Origin: a virus
Reading direction: 5' to 3' (one strand)
Virus record (IMG/VR): IMGVR_UViG_3300009370_000003
DNA length: 64,000 bases
Positions 48,476 through 58,346 of this stretch are shown here, one piece after another (the first letter of the stretch is position 1; every line of letters begins with the position of its first letter). Both the position numbers and the translations under genes were made by a program. The notes below the pieces were generated by a model. The model did not search any database. It was not told the DNA's origin and saw nothing but the letters and a program-made list of their open reading frames with translations.

Positions 48476-48508
48476 ATTATATCAAAAAGCTGAAGGCATT
48501 GTCAAGGC
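48476..48508 (-). promoter_or_regulatory. early promoter (copy 5 of 5), drives tRNA-Asp
   Basis: GCC-TTGACA-ATGCCTTCAGCTTTTTGA-TATAAT. Confidence 0.85.
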
Positions 48509-48524
48509 CCGTGTTTACTGGGTT

Positions 48525-49292
48525 TTAGGAGTTTTTAGAGATTTTCTTCCATTCTGCCCACGAGCGTGGGTCTCGGGTAGGGTCTTTTCCTTCGAATATT
48601 ATATCGTCTAAAGTGTATTGAAGTTCGGGTTTTATGGTGTTTTCATTAAAACCGAGGTCACTGACTGGTCTTTGGGTCATTGCTTTACCTAGGTCTTCTG
48701 TAAACCACAATGCAATGGTATGTCTTTCAGTTCTTCTTACTTTAAATACACCATGAGCATGATATATTCCTTGGAAAATTAGACCGTCACCAACTTCCTT
48801 TTCGATTTGGTGGCCAAATGGATAGTAATCAGACGGTGGAAAATAGGTTTCACCACCTGTGTATTGGTCATTTAAATATAGAATACAAGTCCATTCCCTT
48901 GAAGGTTGCTCTTCACCACTCTCAACTCTCTGTTCTATATTAGGGTCTATGTGTTGTTCTTGATTTGAATAAGTATCTAAATGTGGGTCTTGATATCCAC
49001 CATTCCACCATCTACATATAGTAGACATTTCAGTGTAAAATGGTTTACCAGTCGCTTTATAGATTTCACCTATACAAGTATTTTCGACCTTTTGAAATAG
49101 CGAACGGACATACTCATTATTAATATGTAATTTTCTGATACCTTGGTAGTCTGTATCAGACCCTACGGTTTCTAAATGCCTATGACTGTTGTGCCATCGT
49201 ATCAGGCTCTGACACTCTTCCTTCGTTAGTATCGGAATCACTTTGTGATTGAACACTTTGGAGTTGTCTAGCAATTTCCATTCTTCGCTCAT
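48525..49292 (-). CDS. 2OG-Fe(II) oxygenase (prolyl hydroxylase-like)
   Basis: PHLD, ILYLND.YTGGETYF, HGV..V...RHTI. Confidence 0.9.
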   Translation of the reverse strand: MSEEWKLLDNSKVFNHKVIPILTKEECQSLIRWHNSHRHLETVGSDTDYQGIRKLHINNEYVRSLFQKVENTCIGEIYKATGKPFYTEMSTICRWWNGGYQDPHLDTYSNQEQHIDPNIEQRVESGEEQPSREWTCILYLNDQYTGGETYFPPSDYYPFGHQIEKEVGDGLIFQGIYHAHGVFKVRRTERHTIALWFTEDLGKAMTQRPVSDLGFNENTIKPELQYTLDDIIFEGKDPTRDPRSWAEWKKISKNS

Positions 49293-49794
49293 AATCTAAT
49301 CGTTTTCTTCTCTCTTTTGGTCTGGCTTTTAATGCTCTTTCTATCTTGAATTGAGATGCTCTTTGTAAAAATATGATACCATTCAAATGGTCTATTTCAT
49401 GTTGAACACATCTTGCACCAATGCCGTCTAATTGTAATGTATGTTTCTCTCCATCAGAATCTATAAAGTCAAACTCAATAACTTTTGCTCGCTTTATCAT
49501 TAAGTATATATCGGGGAAAGAAAGGCAGCCTTCTTTAAGTAACTCTGTTTCTTGGGATACTTTTGTAAGTTCGGGATTAAAGAATGCCATAGTCCCTTTA
49601 TCTGCAGTTCTCATTACAAAACACCTGTATTTCAATCCTAATTGATTTGCAGACAAACCTAGACCACCAAACCTTCCCATTACCTCAGCAAGGTTCTTTT
49701 CTATCTCTTTGGGGTCTTCGGGTGGGTTTTCAAAGTCGAATAAGTCTGTGGGTTCTCGTAAGACCTTAGAGGCTTCTTCTATCAATTTGTGCAT
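49180..49794 (-). CDS. def: peptide deformylase
   Basis: GLGLSANQ, EGCLS, QHEIDHLNG. Confidence 0.96.
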   Translation of the reverse strand: MHKLIEEASKVLREPTDLFDFENPPEDPKEIEKNLAEVMGRFGGLGLSANQLGLKYRCFVMRTADKGTMAFFNPELTKVSQETELLKEGCLSFPDIYLMIKRAKVIEFDFIDSDGEKHTLQLDGIGARCVQHEIDHLNGIIFLQRASQFKIERALKARPKERRKRLDYERRMEIARQLQSVQSQSDSDTNEGRVSEPDTMAQQS

Positions 49795-49798
49795 AATT

Positions 49799-51301
49799 CT
49801 AAGCTAATAAGTGGAAGTCGGGACTACTTATACCATGTGTATCTTTAACATTGTCAATTTCTATTCCAAAAAACTTTAATAATTCCCTGAAAAATTTTCT
49901 ACCCATACTAGCAATCTTCTTTAACCAAGACCATATCTTTTTCATTGCAGCCTTCAATGCCTTTTCAAAGGCTTTCCATGCCTTTTGTCCCATTTCTTTT
50001 GCCCAATCTCCAGCTCTTTTTATAGTATCAAATACACCTTCTTCTAACATGTCTTCTGTTAGGAACTGTGCAAACCCGTCTATATTATTTAATTCACTTA
50101 ATATAATACTTGTTGCAGTTGTTGGTGTATATTCATCTTTTAATGCAAGTTGGAATGCAGAATAAGCTGCAGAACCACCACCACCTTTCTTAAATGAAAC
50201 ATACGGTTTTAATCTTTCTGCATTTTTTGCTATAACAGGTGAATCAGGATTCTTCATTTCATGATATTCAACTTTCCCACTTAAACTAAATTTTGCAAGT
50301 CTGTTTGCAGCTGGGTGTTTGTCTCTACCATCAAACTTTGCAGCCCCAGTAGAAGCTTCATAAAGAACACATCTTGCAAATGTTCCACCTATTTTTTTAT
50401 CTTTTGCAAATATATCGGTAAGTTCTTGAGATAATTCTCTATTTGCATCGTCTACCTTCTTCCAATTTTGAGTGGCTGCATCTCTGTCACCGTCCTTATA
50501 TCTTGCCTTTAAGGAACTTGCATTCTCTTTAGAGATTAAGTGTTCCATTTTATTACCCATATTGGTAACAAGAGATTTTGCCCAAGTCTTATCCTCTTCT
50601 CCAGCTAATTCAAGTGCAGCGTTGACTATTGCTATTGCTTCTTTCTTTTCAGGAGTAGCTGATCTAGAACCACCTTCTTTCTTTAGTGAAATTCTTTCGG
50701 AAAAGCTAGAGTTTGCAATATCAGTTTTTGGTGTAGTATTAGATGCACCAGCATTTTTCCAGTGTTTACCTAATTTTTTAGATAAACCACCCTGACCAGT
50801 ATGAACTAATTGATTACCACCTACTTTTCCATTAAAACTTTTTGCAACTTTCTTTGCTATGTCATGGTGTTGAGTTCCAAATTTTTCGTAGGTTTCAATA
50901 ACTTTAGGGTGTGTATCTGTTTTATTTAAATCATTATATTCTTTAATAATTAATTCTTCCCATTCTGCCCCACTTGGTGGTGACCCACTTTCTTTAACAT
51001 GAGTGAAACTTCCTACACTGGTTGTGTCTGCTTTGATATGTAAAATCTTACCATTCGGCCCTCGTAGATATGCTTCATATTCTGAACCGCGGTCTTCTAC
51101 TCCAGCTGGGTTTTTAACTGGGTTTACCTTTTCTACTACAGTGCCCTCTTTCCACTCTAGACCAAATGCTTGAATTTGTTTTGATAGTCCACCCTTATAA
51201 TAAAACTTATGCCCAACGACATAATCCAGTTTTAATACTGAACCCTCTAATAATAAGTTCTCTCTTCTTTCTTTTATAAGTCTGTGGATTGTTTCTGACA
51301 T
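49799..51301 (-). CDS. hypothetical protein with possible PD-(D/E)xK-like nuclease core
   Basis: GAEWEE...TPKTDI...ISLKK; amphipathic C-terminus; ATAAATA upstream. Confidence 0.55.
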   Translation of the reverse strand: MSETIHRLIKERRENLLLEGSVLKLDYVVGHKFYYKGGLSKQIQAFGLEWKEGTVVEKVNPVKNPAGVEDRGSEYEAYLRGPNGKILHIKADTTSVGSFTHVKESGSPPSGAEWEELIIKEYNDLNKTDTHPKVIETYEKFGTQHHDIAKKVAKSFNGKVGGNQLVHTGQGGLSKKLGKHWKNAGASNTTPKTDIANSSFSERISLKKEGGSRSATPEKKEAIAIVNAALELAGEEDKTWAKSLVTNMGNKMEHLISKENASSLKARYKDGDRDAATQNWKKVDDANRELSQELTDIFAKDKKIGGTFARCVLYEASTGAAKFDGRDKHPAANRLAKFSLSGKVEYHEMKNPDSPVIAKNAERLKPYVSFKKGGGGSAAYSAFQLALKDEYTPTTATSIILSELNNIDGFAQFLTEDMLEEGVFDTIKRAGDWAKEMGQKAWKAFEKALKAAMKKIWSWLKKIASMGRKFFRELLKFFGIEIDNVKDTHGISSPDFHLLA

Positions 51302-51313
51302 AATACTATTTAT

Positions 51314-53029
51314 CTAATCTGCGATACGACTAAAGTTTTTATACTTCTCAAACCTAACAACATTCTCAAATTTATCATATAATATGTCACCTTTGTGAGA
51401 TATAATGAATGCATTTGTGTTTTCTGTCAAGGTATTTAGCATTTTCATAAATTCATCTGTTCCAGCTGCGTCTAATGAACTATCAAACACTTCGTCTAAT
51501 ACTAATAGATTTGTATTCACGGAGTTCTTCATTCTTGCAACTGCTCTCCATGTGAAGAGTAATGCAAGGTCAATTCTCATTTTCTCACCTTGAGAGAAGT
51601 TTTCATATTTAAATACATCTCTAAATCTAGATTTGATTGTCTCGTCAAACGATTCGTCCAGTTCGAACCCAACATAGAATTCTAATTGTGCAAGATACTT
51701 ATTAATAAGTTTATTCATAATAGGAACATACTGTTTAATAATCTTTTCCTTAACACCTTGGTCTCTTAATAAGAGAGTTGCAATTTCTAGATAATGACCA
51801 TGGTCGGATAAGTGTTCCTTCTTCTTTAACAGTGTAGATAAATCGTCTTCGGCCTTATTAACTTGTTCGTGTGCGTCAGTATTACCTTCTTGTTCTTCTT
51901 CAAGGTCTTTGATTTCACCTTGTAGTTTATTGATATACTTTTGATTCGATACAATTTCAGTTTGTTTTAATCCAATTTCTTTTTGGATTCCTTCGATTGT
52001 GTCTTGGATTTTTCTGATTCTTTCGAGCTCGTCATGAAGTCCTCTAATTTGAGAGTCAATAGTTGCGACCGCTTCCTTGATCTCCTTTGCCTTAGCAGTT
52101 TTTTCCTCAATGTGTTTCTTCTTGTGTTTTTCATCTAATCCTTGTTTGCATGTGGGACAGTTGTCGTTGTTCTCATAGAATTCAATATCTTTAATTGCTT
52201 TATTTCGAGCTGTCTCCAGTTGTTTCTCCAACTCAACCGTTTGTTTGAGTCGATTTTCCGTATCATCTTTATCCTTGATAAGTCGTGTTTGCGCCACCAC
52301 ATCTTTCGTCTTTTCATCAACCTCTCCTAATAAGTTGTCAATGTTAGTTTGAGTTTGATTAATAGTGCCTTCAAATTTAGAAATCTTTTCATCTCTATTC
52401 TCACGAAGTGCATTGATTTGTGAATTAAGACCATTAATCCTTTCTTCAAGAATTGCAATCTCATGTTGATTTTCCTTAATGTCTAATGCATGATTAGATT
52501 TTCGTTTTCTCAACAATAGCATCATAGTTGTAAAAATAGTTATATCCAAAAGGTCTTCCACTAACTTTCTTCTATCCTTTGCTTTTAATTGCATGAATGG
52601 AGTGAAGTTTGCTGACCCTAGAATTGCCACCTGTGTGAATGAACGATAGCTCATTTTGAGTATATTATTCTCTAGGTGGTCTTGGTAATCCCTGACACTT
52701 GCATCTTGATTAATCAAAATGTCATTACACCAAATTTCAAATTTATTTGGTTTTGCGCCACGGACTAATTTATAGTCCTTCTTACCAATAGTAAAGTCCA
52801 ACTCTACGAGCAGTTCTTTTTGATTGATTGAATTGATTAGAAGGTCTTTCTTAAGATTTCGAAACCCACGGCCATACAATGCATAACATAATGCATCTAA
52901 TAATGTTGATTTACCAGCACCGTTTTCACCCAAGATTAGGGTTGTTTGATGAGAGTCAAGTAGTATCTTTGTAAACTTGTTTCCCGATGATAGTAAATTC
53001 TTATATCTTACTTCCTTGAATTTTATCAT
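51314..53029 (-). CDS. gp46: recombination exonuclease ATPase subunit (Rad50-like)
   Basis: GENGAGKS, CPTC zinc hook, FSQGE, LDEVFD. Confidence 0.97.
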   Translation of the reverse strand: MIKFKEVRYKNLLSSGNKFTKILLDSHQTTLILGENGAGKSTLLDALCYALYGRGFRNLKKDLLINSINQKELLVELDFTIGKKDYKLVRGAKPNKFEIWCNDILINQDASVRDYQDHLENNILKMSYRSFTQVAILGSANFTPFMQLKAKDRRKLVEDLLDITIFTTMMLLLRKRKSNHALDIKENQHEIAILEERINGLNSQINALRENRDEKISKFEGTINQTQTNIDNLLGEVDEKTKDVVAQTRLIKDKDDTENRLKQTVELEKQLETARNKAIKDIEFYENNDNCPTCKQGLDEKHKKKHIEEKTAKAKEIKEAVATIDSQIRGLHDELERIRKIQDTIEGIQKEIGLKQTEIVSNQKYINKLQGEIKDLEEEQEGNTDAHEQVNKAEDDLSTLLKKKEHLSDHGHYLEIATLLLRDQGVKEKIIKQYVPIMNKLINKYLAQLEFYVGFELDESFDETIKSRFRDVFKYENFSQGEKMRIDLALLFTWRAVARMKNSVNTNLLVLDEVFDSSLDAAGTDEFMKMLNTLTENTNAFIISHKGDILYDKFENVVRFEKYKNFSRIAD

Positions 53030-54093
53030 AGATAAGTGTGTTCGTCTAATGCTTCATTATACAACGAAGTCATTAAATCGGTAAGTGGCTTTTTCTTACC
53101 TTGTATCTCCATACCCTCAACATACTTGTTTAATATCGTTAATGTATCTTCTACATTTTCAACATCACTATCGTCCATTAAGTCCATATGTTTATGGTCA
53201 TCTACTACTTGTAAATGTAATGGAGCTGCAGTATGTATCTTGTCTAGAAATGAATCGAACCAATATGGATTATCCTTATTAACAACAATTACTTTTGTAA
53301 ATTTCCCAGTGACATTACTATAGTCTTTATTACTAATGGTTTCAAAATTTTCCTTTGTATCGTCATAGAAAACTTTTTCAAAAATTCTAATCGGGTTGTG
53401 AACTGGTAACATTTCTTGTGTATCAGTATCATAGATATGGAAGTATTTTGTATCCCCATAATCCGACCAAGTGAATTCCATTTGGGAACCGAGATAAACT
53501 ATATTTGCAAACGCAGATTTTTGGTGGAAGTGACCACTATAACATACATCAAATCTTTTTACATATGAATGGTCAAGGCCATGTTGACATGTCATATTAG
53601 GCATCATTAATGCACCTTCAAATTCAAAGTGTCCCATACAAATAGGTGCATTTGCAGACATAAGAAACTCAACTGAGTCTGCATAGTTATCACTATTAAT
53701 CCATGGACTCAATGCAATATTTGCCCCGTCATATTCCTTTACTATAGGTTCAGTAATAATATTAATATTATCATGCTCGAATAATAATAATTCAGGTGCA
53801 TTTACATCGTTAGTGTTCTTATAATAGGTGTCGTGATTACCAATAACTAAATCCATTGTCATGTTATTATCTAACATAGGCTGAATAAAGTGTTCTCGAT
53901 TTGCTTTTAAAGAAGAGAAATTGATATATTTCCTACGGTCAAAGTAATCACCCAAATGTAGAATATGGGTTATACCATGCTCTATTAGATAAGGGAAAAA
54001 CACTTCCGTATAAAATCGTCCTTGATAATCTGCCATTGCCTGCATATCACCACGGACACCTGCGTGTGTGTCGTTAAGAATTGCTATCTTCAT
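53026..54093 (-). CDS. gp47: recombination exonuclease subunit (Mre11-like)
   Basis: DTH, GDYFD, GNHD, GHFH. Confidence 0.97.
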   Translation of the reverse strand: MKIAILNDTHAGVRGDMQAMADYQGRFYTEVFFPYLIEHGITHILHLGDYFDRRKYINFSSLKANREHFIQPMLDNNMTMDLVIGNHDTYYKNTNDVNAPELLLFEHDNINIITEPIVKEYDGANIALSPWINSDNYADSVEFLMSANAPICMGHFEFEGALMMPNMTCQHGLDHSYVKRFDVCYSGHFHQKSAFANIVYLGSQMEFTWSDYGDTKYFHIYDTDTQEMLPVHNPIRIFEKVFYDDTKENFETISNKDYSNVTGKFTKVIVVNKDNPYWFDSFLDKIHTAAPLHLQVVDDHKHMDLMDDSDVENVEDTLTILNKYVEGMEIQGKKKPLTDLMTSLYNEALDEHTYL

Positions 54094-54650
54094 TCAGAAA
54101 ATTTTTCTAGGTTTGTTTCTTTTTTTACTTTTTTTGTTCGTTTTGATTTTCGAGGTTCATAGACAACACGATTCATGTTCTCTTGCATCCACTCAACATT
54201 GGTGTTTGTAAGAGTCGGGTCGTGTTCACCGTCTATAGTTGTGTATGAGTCCATTGTAATATTTGATTCTTCGATTTGTTTTTGTTTGATAAAAACTTGT
54301 TTCTTCTCCTTTTGTATCCTTCGAAGAAATGCATAATAACAAATTTGGGTTACATATGCAAACGCATTGTTTGACTTTTCGGTATTGAAGTTGCCTATGT
54401 ATTGGATACAATTCTCTATTGCATCACATATCATTTCATCACGGTATGTGTAATTAATGAAGTTAGGACGAGTGGATAATCGGGTTGCAATCTTATAGAT
54501 ACACTCCCCAATGTATTCAGTCATTCTAGGCGGTTCCTTACCTTTTGATTCTGCGAGTTTACATGCTTTGTTATACTCGGAGACTGCTAATGTGAACTCT
54601 TTGTTGTTAACATAGTGTTCTGCTTTTTTACGGTCTTTTTTAGTAGTCAT
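54090..54650 (-). CDS. gp55: late-transcription sigma factor
   Basis: HYVNNKEF, RPNFINYTY, AFAYVTQI.YYAFLRRI.KEKKQ. Confidence 0.97.
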   Translation of the reverse strand: MTTKKDRKKAEHYVNNKEFTLAVSEYNKACKLAESKGKEPPRMTEYIGECIYKIATRLSTRPNFINYTYRDEMICDAIENCIQYIGNFNTEKSNNAFAYVTQICYYAFLRRIQKEKKQVFIKQKQIEESNITMDSYTTIDGEHDPTLTNTNVEWMQENMNRVVYEPRKSKRTKKVKKETNLEKFSE

Positions 54651-54656
54651 GGTAAT

Positions 54657-54693
54657 ATTATACTAGAAGTACCCCTATTTAGCAAGAGGCTTT
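54657..54693 (-). promoter_or_regulatory. promoter for gp55
   Basis: AAAGCCTC-TTGCTA-N17-TATAAT. Confidence 0.7.
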
Positions 54694-54839
54694 CTAATAT
54701 TTATTTTTTTATATTTTTTAGCAAAACCCTCTTGCGTTTTGAGAATTTTGTGGTAAAATGATATTGTATCCAAGGGATACTATAATATATAACATATATC
54801 TCTTTAGGTATACTTCCTTTGTATATATTTATTGCGTCT

Positions 54840-54953
54840 TTAGAAGTATATTACACCGATCATATATCCGCAGAAAAAGAAAGCTGCAGCCCAAACGGGT
54901 TCTTGCTTTGCAAATTCCCAAACATTTAACCAATATTCGATAAAAAATTTCAT
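54840..54953 (-). CDS. small membrane peptide
   Basis: GGAGA RBS before MKFFIEYW... Confidence 0.55.
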   Translation of the reverse strand: MKFFIEYWLNVWEFAKQEPVWAAAFFFCGYMIGVIYF

Positions 54954-54991
54954 GACATCTCCTGTCTGTGGAGTTGCCATAATCACTCTGG

Positions 54992-55192
54992 CTACATTGG
55001 ATAGTTGGCGTTGACCGTAATCCAAATTAAGCCAAATGGTAATAGTATTGGAAGAGACAGTAGTATGACAAATTCTACGACTTCACAAGTTCTCTGATAT
55101 GCATCAGTCCTTCTTAGGTTTTCGAGATGTTTCCCTATGCTCTTCGCAAATTGTAAAACTGCTGTGGTCATGGGTTCCTTAATATTAAACAT
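54992..55192 (-). CDS. small membrane protein
   Basis: C-terminal TM helix. Confidence 0.55.
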   Translation of the reverse strand: MFNIKEPMTTAVLQFAKSIGKHLENLRRTDAYQRTCEVVEFVILLSLPILLPFGLIWITVNANYPM

Positions 55193-55245
55193 TCATAGGT
55201 GTTATACCGTTATATAACACTGATTTATTTATATAAGAAATAATC

Positions 55246-55770
55246 CTAGTGGATTTTTTTCTTGTCGGTAGGTTGTACCATGTGTTCAAAGTCTGCCATC
55301 TGTTCATCAAACTCATCCCACTCTTCTTCTTCAATTCTCTCTAACATTCTTTGTTCCCTTGGAGTAATAGGCCCGCCTGTTTGTTCCATTAGGTCTTGGA
55401 TAATTCTATCCATATATGCTCTGTGTAATTCCTTTCTATCTTTTGTTAAAGGGATTGTTCCATTTTCAACCATGTCGAACCATCTAGAAGAAGCTTCATC
55501 ATAAAAAGGAACGAACTGTTGATTCAATAAATTTCTGTGTGCAACCATATCATGAGGTATGATTACGGTTGGGTCAGAAGACATTGGTGAATAGGGATAG
55601 AAAGTTGCAAGTGTTTGTTGCTGAGCTGTAATAAGTTCTAGTTTACATATCATAGGTAAAGTAACTGCAATACCGTTTTGATTTTCTTTAGTCATGCCTA
55701 CAATCTCTTGACCAGTCTTAAGTTTTAAGACTTCGTATTTGGTAGGAGAGACTAAGTCGTTAGGGTTCAT
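55246..55770 (-). CDS. conserved protein downstream of uvsW (Sm-like fold possible)
   Basis: VLKLKTGQEIVG N-terminal pattern. Confidence 0.6.
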   Translation of the reverse strand: MNPNDLVSPTKYEVLKLKTGQEIVGMTKENQNGIAVTLPMICKLELITAQQQTLATFYPYSPMSSDPTVIIPHDMVAHRNLLNQQFVPFYDEASSRWFDMVENGTIPLTKDRKELHRAYMDRIIQDLMEQTGGPITPREQRMLERIEEEEWDEFDEQMADFEHMVQPTDKKKIH

Positions 55771-57175
55771 TTAAATCAAATTGTTTAATTTCGTAAGAAA
55801 AATTTTCCTCGTTGTATATATTTATACGATCTTTAAGGTGACTAAGGGTATAATTCTTATATTGAAGGTCGTCTGCGATATCAAATAACCTCATGTTTTC
55901 CTTACCTTCCACTTTACGAAGGCCTCTACCAATCGATTGTAGATTCCGTATTCTAGATTTAGAAGGACTTGCAAAAACAATATTATCGATTCTTTTTATA
56001 TTAACTCCAGTTGAGAAAGTTCCATATGAAGCTAGTATAACACTCTCTTTAGCTTTCTCTACTAATTCTCTAACCTGTTCTCTATCTTCTGTATCTGTTC
56101 CACCATAGACATAATGTAATTTCTCTCCTAGTCTTTTAAACATTTTCTTATGAAGTAAGACACCGTGCTTCTCAACGAACTGAAATAAGACTAAGGTGTT
56201 TCCTTTTAGACTATAAACAAGATTACATATGAATTCATTTCTTGCTTCACTACCTACAAGGTAATCCATCTCATCTTGGTAAGACATTTTCTTTTGTTTA
56301 GTATGACGAAGTATGACACAATCGATATCAATTTTAGCAATAGTCCCATCGTCCATTAACTCTTTCGAAGAAACTACTTTCTTGACTGGGCCGAACATTC
56401 CTTCCAGCTGAAGTCTATGACATTCTGAACCGTCAAGTGTTCCTGTAGTTCCAATACGAATTGCAGTCTTACTCATTTTTTCAAGTATACCTTTTAGTGT
56501 TTGTGCTTTGAATAAATGAGCTTCGTCTCCAACAACAACATCAAATGATTGCATTACATTCTTGGGTGCTTTACTAAATGACTGCCATGTAGTAACTGTT
56601 ATTTCTGAATCGAATACTTCCTTTCCACTATAGATTTTACATATGGGTTTATCGTATCCATAGTCTGCAAAGTCTTTAGCCATTTGCTCAACCAAAGCAG
56701 TTGTAGGAACAATGATAACCGTTTTCTTATTGTAATATCTTGCAAGTAAATAAATGATTAAAGACTTACCACTTGCAGTAGGTGAAAGTAAGAGTTGCCT
56801 ACCATACTGAACAGCTGTTCTGAATGCGTCTAATTGATAGTCTCTTGGTGCGAAGGGTAAGTTTAATTCTTTAATAAAGTTTTCATCAGGTTCTCTTTCC
56901 TTGTCGCCAATGATATCACTTATACCATTTATTTCGTATCCTCTTTCTCTGCAGAACTCATCTACATAAGGGAGCAATCCAATATAAATTTTATTTGTTT
57001 TGATTGAGAAGAGCCTGACCTTACCGTCCCAGTATCTATTTCTTACCGAGGGCATGAACTTTGCATTAGGAACAGTGAACGAGAAAAAATCGAAGAGGTC
57101 TCTTTTTAACCCATCGTCACATTGAACTTGCATGAAGACTTCGTCTGTCTTCTTGAGAGTTATTTCAGAGGCCAT
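55760..57175 (-). CDS. uvsW: SF2 DNA/RNA helicase UvsW
   Basis: PTASGKS, DEAH, TGT, QSIGRGLR; start probably 57175. Confidence 0.96.
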   Translation of the reverse strand: MASEITLKKTDEVFMQVQCDDGLKRDLFDFFSFTVPNAKFMPSVRNRYWDGKVRLFSIKTNKIYIGLLPYVDEFCRERGYEINGISDIIGDKEREPDENFIKELNLPFAPRDYQLDAFRTAVQYGRQLLLSPTASGKSLIIYLLARYYNKKTVIIVPTTALVEQMAKDFADYGYDKPICKIYSGKEVFDSEITVTTWQSFSKAPKNVMQSFDVVVGDEAHLFKAQTLKGILEKMSKTAIRIGTTGTLDGSECHRLQLEGMFGPVKKVVSSKELMDDGTIAKIDIDCVILRHTKQKKMSYQDEMDYLVGSEARNEFICNLVYSLKGNTLVLFQFVEKHGVLLHKKMFKRLGEKLHYVYGGTDTEDREQVRELVEKAKESVILASYGTFSTGVNIKRIDNIVFASPSKSRIRNLQSIGRGLRKVEGKENMRLFDIADDLQYKNYTLSHLKDRINIYNEENFSYEIKQFDLNEP

Positions 57176-57858
57176 CCAGTATTCCAAACAACTAAAGATT
57201 TTCTTGTTCCGTGTGTGACTGGAGTCACTTGGTGGTGTAACCATGAAGGAAATACTATCATTGAACCTAAAGTTTTTCCACTAAAGGGAGTAGTATGAAT
57301 TAACTCATCGGGTCTTATTGCCGAATCCCTTGTTTTTAAACTATCAAAAACACGCATAGATTCTAACCATTGAAAATGTCCACCCTCATATTCTTCGGGA
57401 TTTGATAATTGAACTGAACAAGATATCTTTCTAGTTCTACCATCTTTGTAAGTGTCGGCACCTGCGTCTGTATGCCAAGTATAGAAGTCTCCAGTTGGTC
57501 TATCAGGTTGAGCTTCGTATATAGTATACTGCCATGCCTCCATACCATCTACTTCGTAATTCCAACCCGCCACTTGATTTGCATGAACCATTCCGTCAAA
57601 TATTTTTTGTTTTAACACTTGGTCAAAATCACCTAGTTCGGCACCGTGTTCTAACCACTTATTAGTAGACTGTCTTATTGAATGATCTTGACTACCACTC
57701 TTACCTTCTGTTCGGTGCTGTATTCCGTCTTTGTCTTTTCCACCAAAACCCAACCTTCCCTCTTGGACGGGAAGCTTAAAAGCATATCCATGGATATAAT
57801 CTACTTCTTCTTGAGTTAGAAACCCCTCAAGAATAACTACATATTGTTTATATAACAT
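57160..57858 (-). CDS. 2OG-Fe(II) oxygenase (PKHD-type)
   Basis: WHTD, RKISCSVQLS, YEGG, FPSW..HQVTPV..G.RKSLV.W. Confidence 0.92.
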   Translation of the reverse strand: MLYKQYVVILEGFLTQEEVDYIHGYAFKLPVQEGRLGFGGKDKDGIQHRTEGKSGSQDHSIRQSTNKWLEHGAELGDFDQVLKQKIFDGMVHANQVAGWNYEVDGMEAWQYTIYEAQPDRPTGDFYTWHTDAGADTYKDGRTRKISCSVQLSNPEEYEGGHFQWLESMRVFDSLKTRDSAIRPDELIHTTPFSGKTLGSMIVFPSWLHHQVTPVTHGTRKSLVVWNTGWPLK

Positions 57859-58301
57859 TAGGAACCCGCCATAAACTTACGCCATTCAATGGTATTCTTA
57901 ATAGTTTGGTGTCTCCATGTTATATTTTCCATACACCTCTTTAAGAAATCAATCGTTATCTGTGCATACTCGGTCTGTGCATTTATAGTTTGCAAGTCTT
58001 TATCTGCATTAAAGAATATCTGCATATCGTTTTTCATAATTTTAAGTCCGTCAAATGGGTCGTCTGACCAACCAAGTTCTTTGATTCTGTCTTCGTCCAT
58101 TTTACCATTGAACCATAACCATTTATCTTTAAGAAGTATAGAATATCTAAGGTTTAGATTCTTATGCCTAATAACAGCGTCAGTTAAGAGTTCGGAGTAT
58201 TTTGCGTGGAGTCTTGGAAGTTCTAAAGACGACTTATCTAGTTCGATATCGTCAATTTCACAATCCTTCTTCCACTCTTCTTTCAATTCATCTAGAGTCA
58301 T
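57858..58301 (-). CDS. uvsY: recombination mediator UvsY
   Basis: W..D..ID..ELD, P.LHAKY, IKN.IEWRKF. Confidence 0.92.
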   Translation of the reverse strand: MTLDELKEEWKKDCEIDDIELDKSSLELPRLHAKYSELLTDAVIRHKNLNLRYSILLKDKWLWFNGKMDEDRIKELGWSDDPFDGLKIMKNDMQIFFNADKDLQTINAQTEYAQITIDFLKRCMENITWRHQTIKNTIEWRKFMAGS

Positions 58302-58346
58302 AATATACCTATTATACCATATTTATGGTCTTTAGGGAAGGGGATT

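Noticed and set aside
283-48508. Repeated GCCTTGACAATG motif as CRISPR repeats or att sites
   Set aside because: Copies are dispersed, imperfect and fit -35/-10 promoter geometry; no cas genes or integrase
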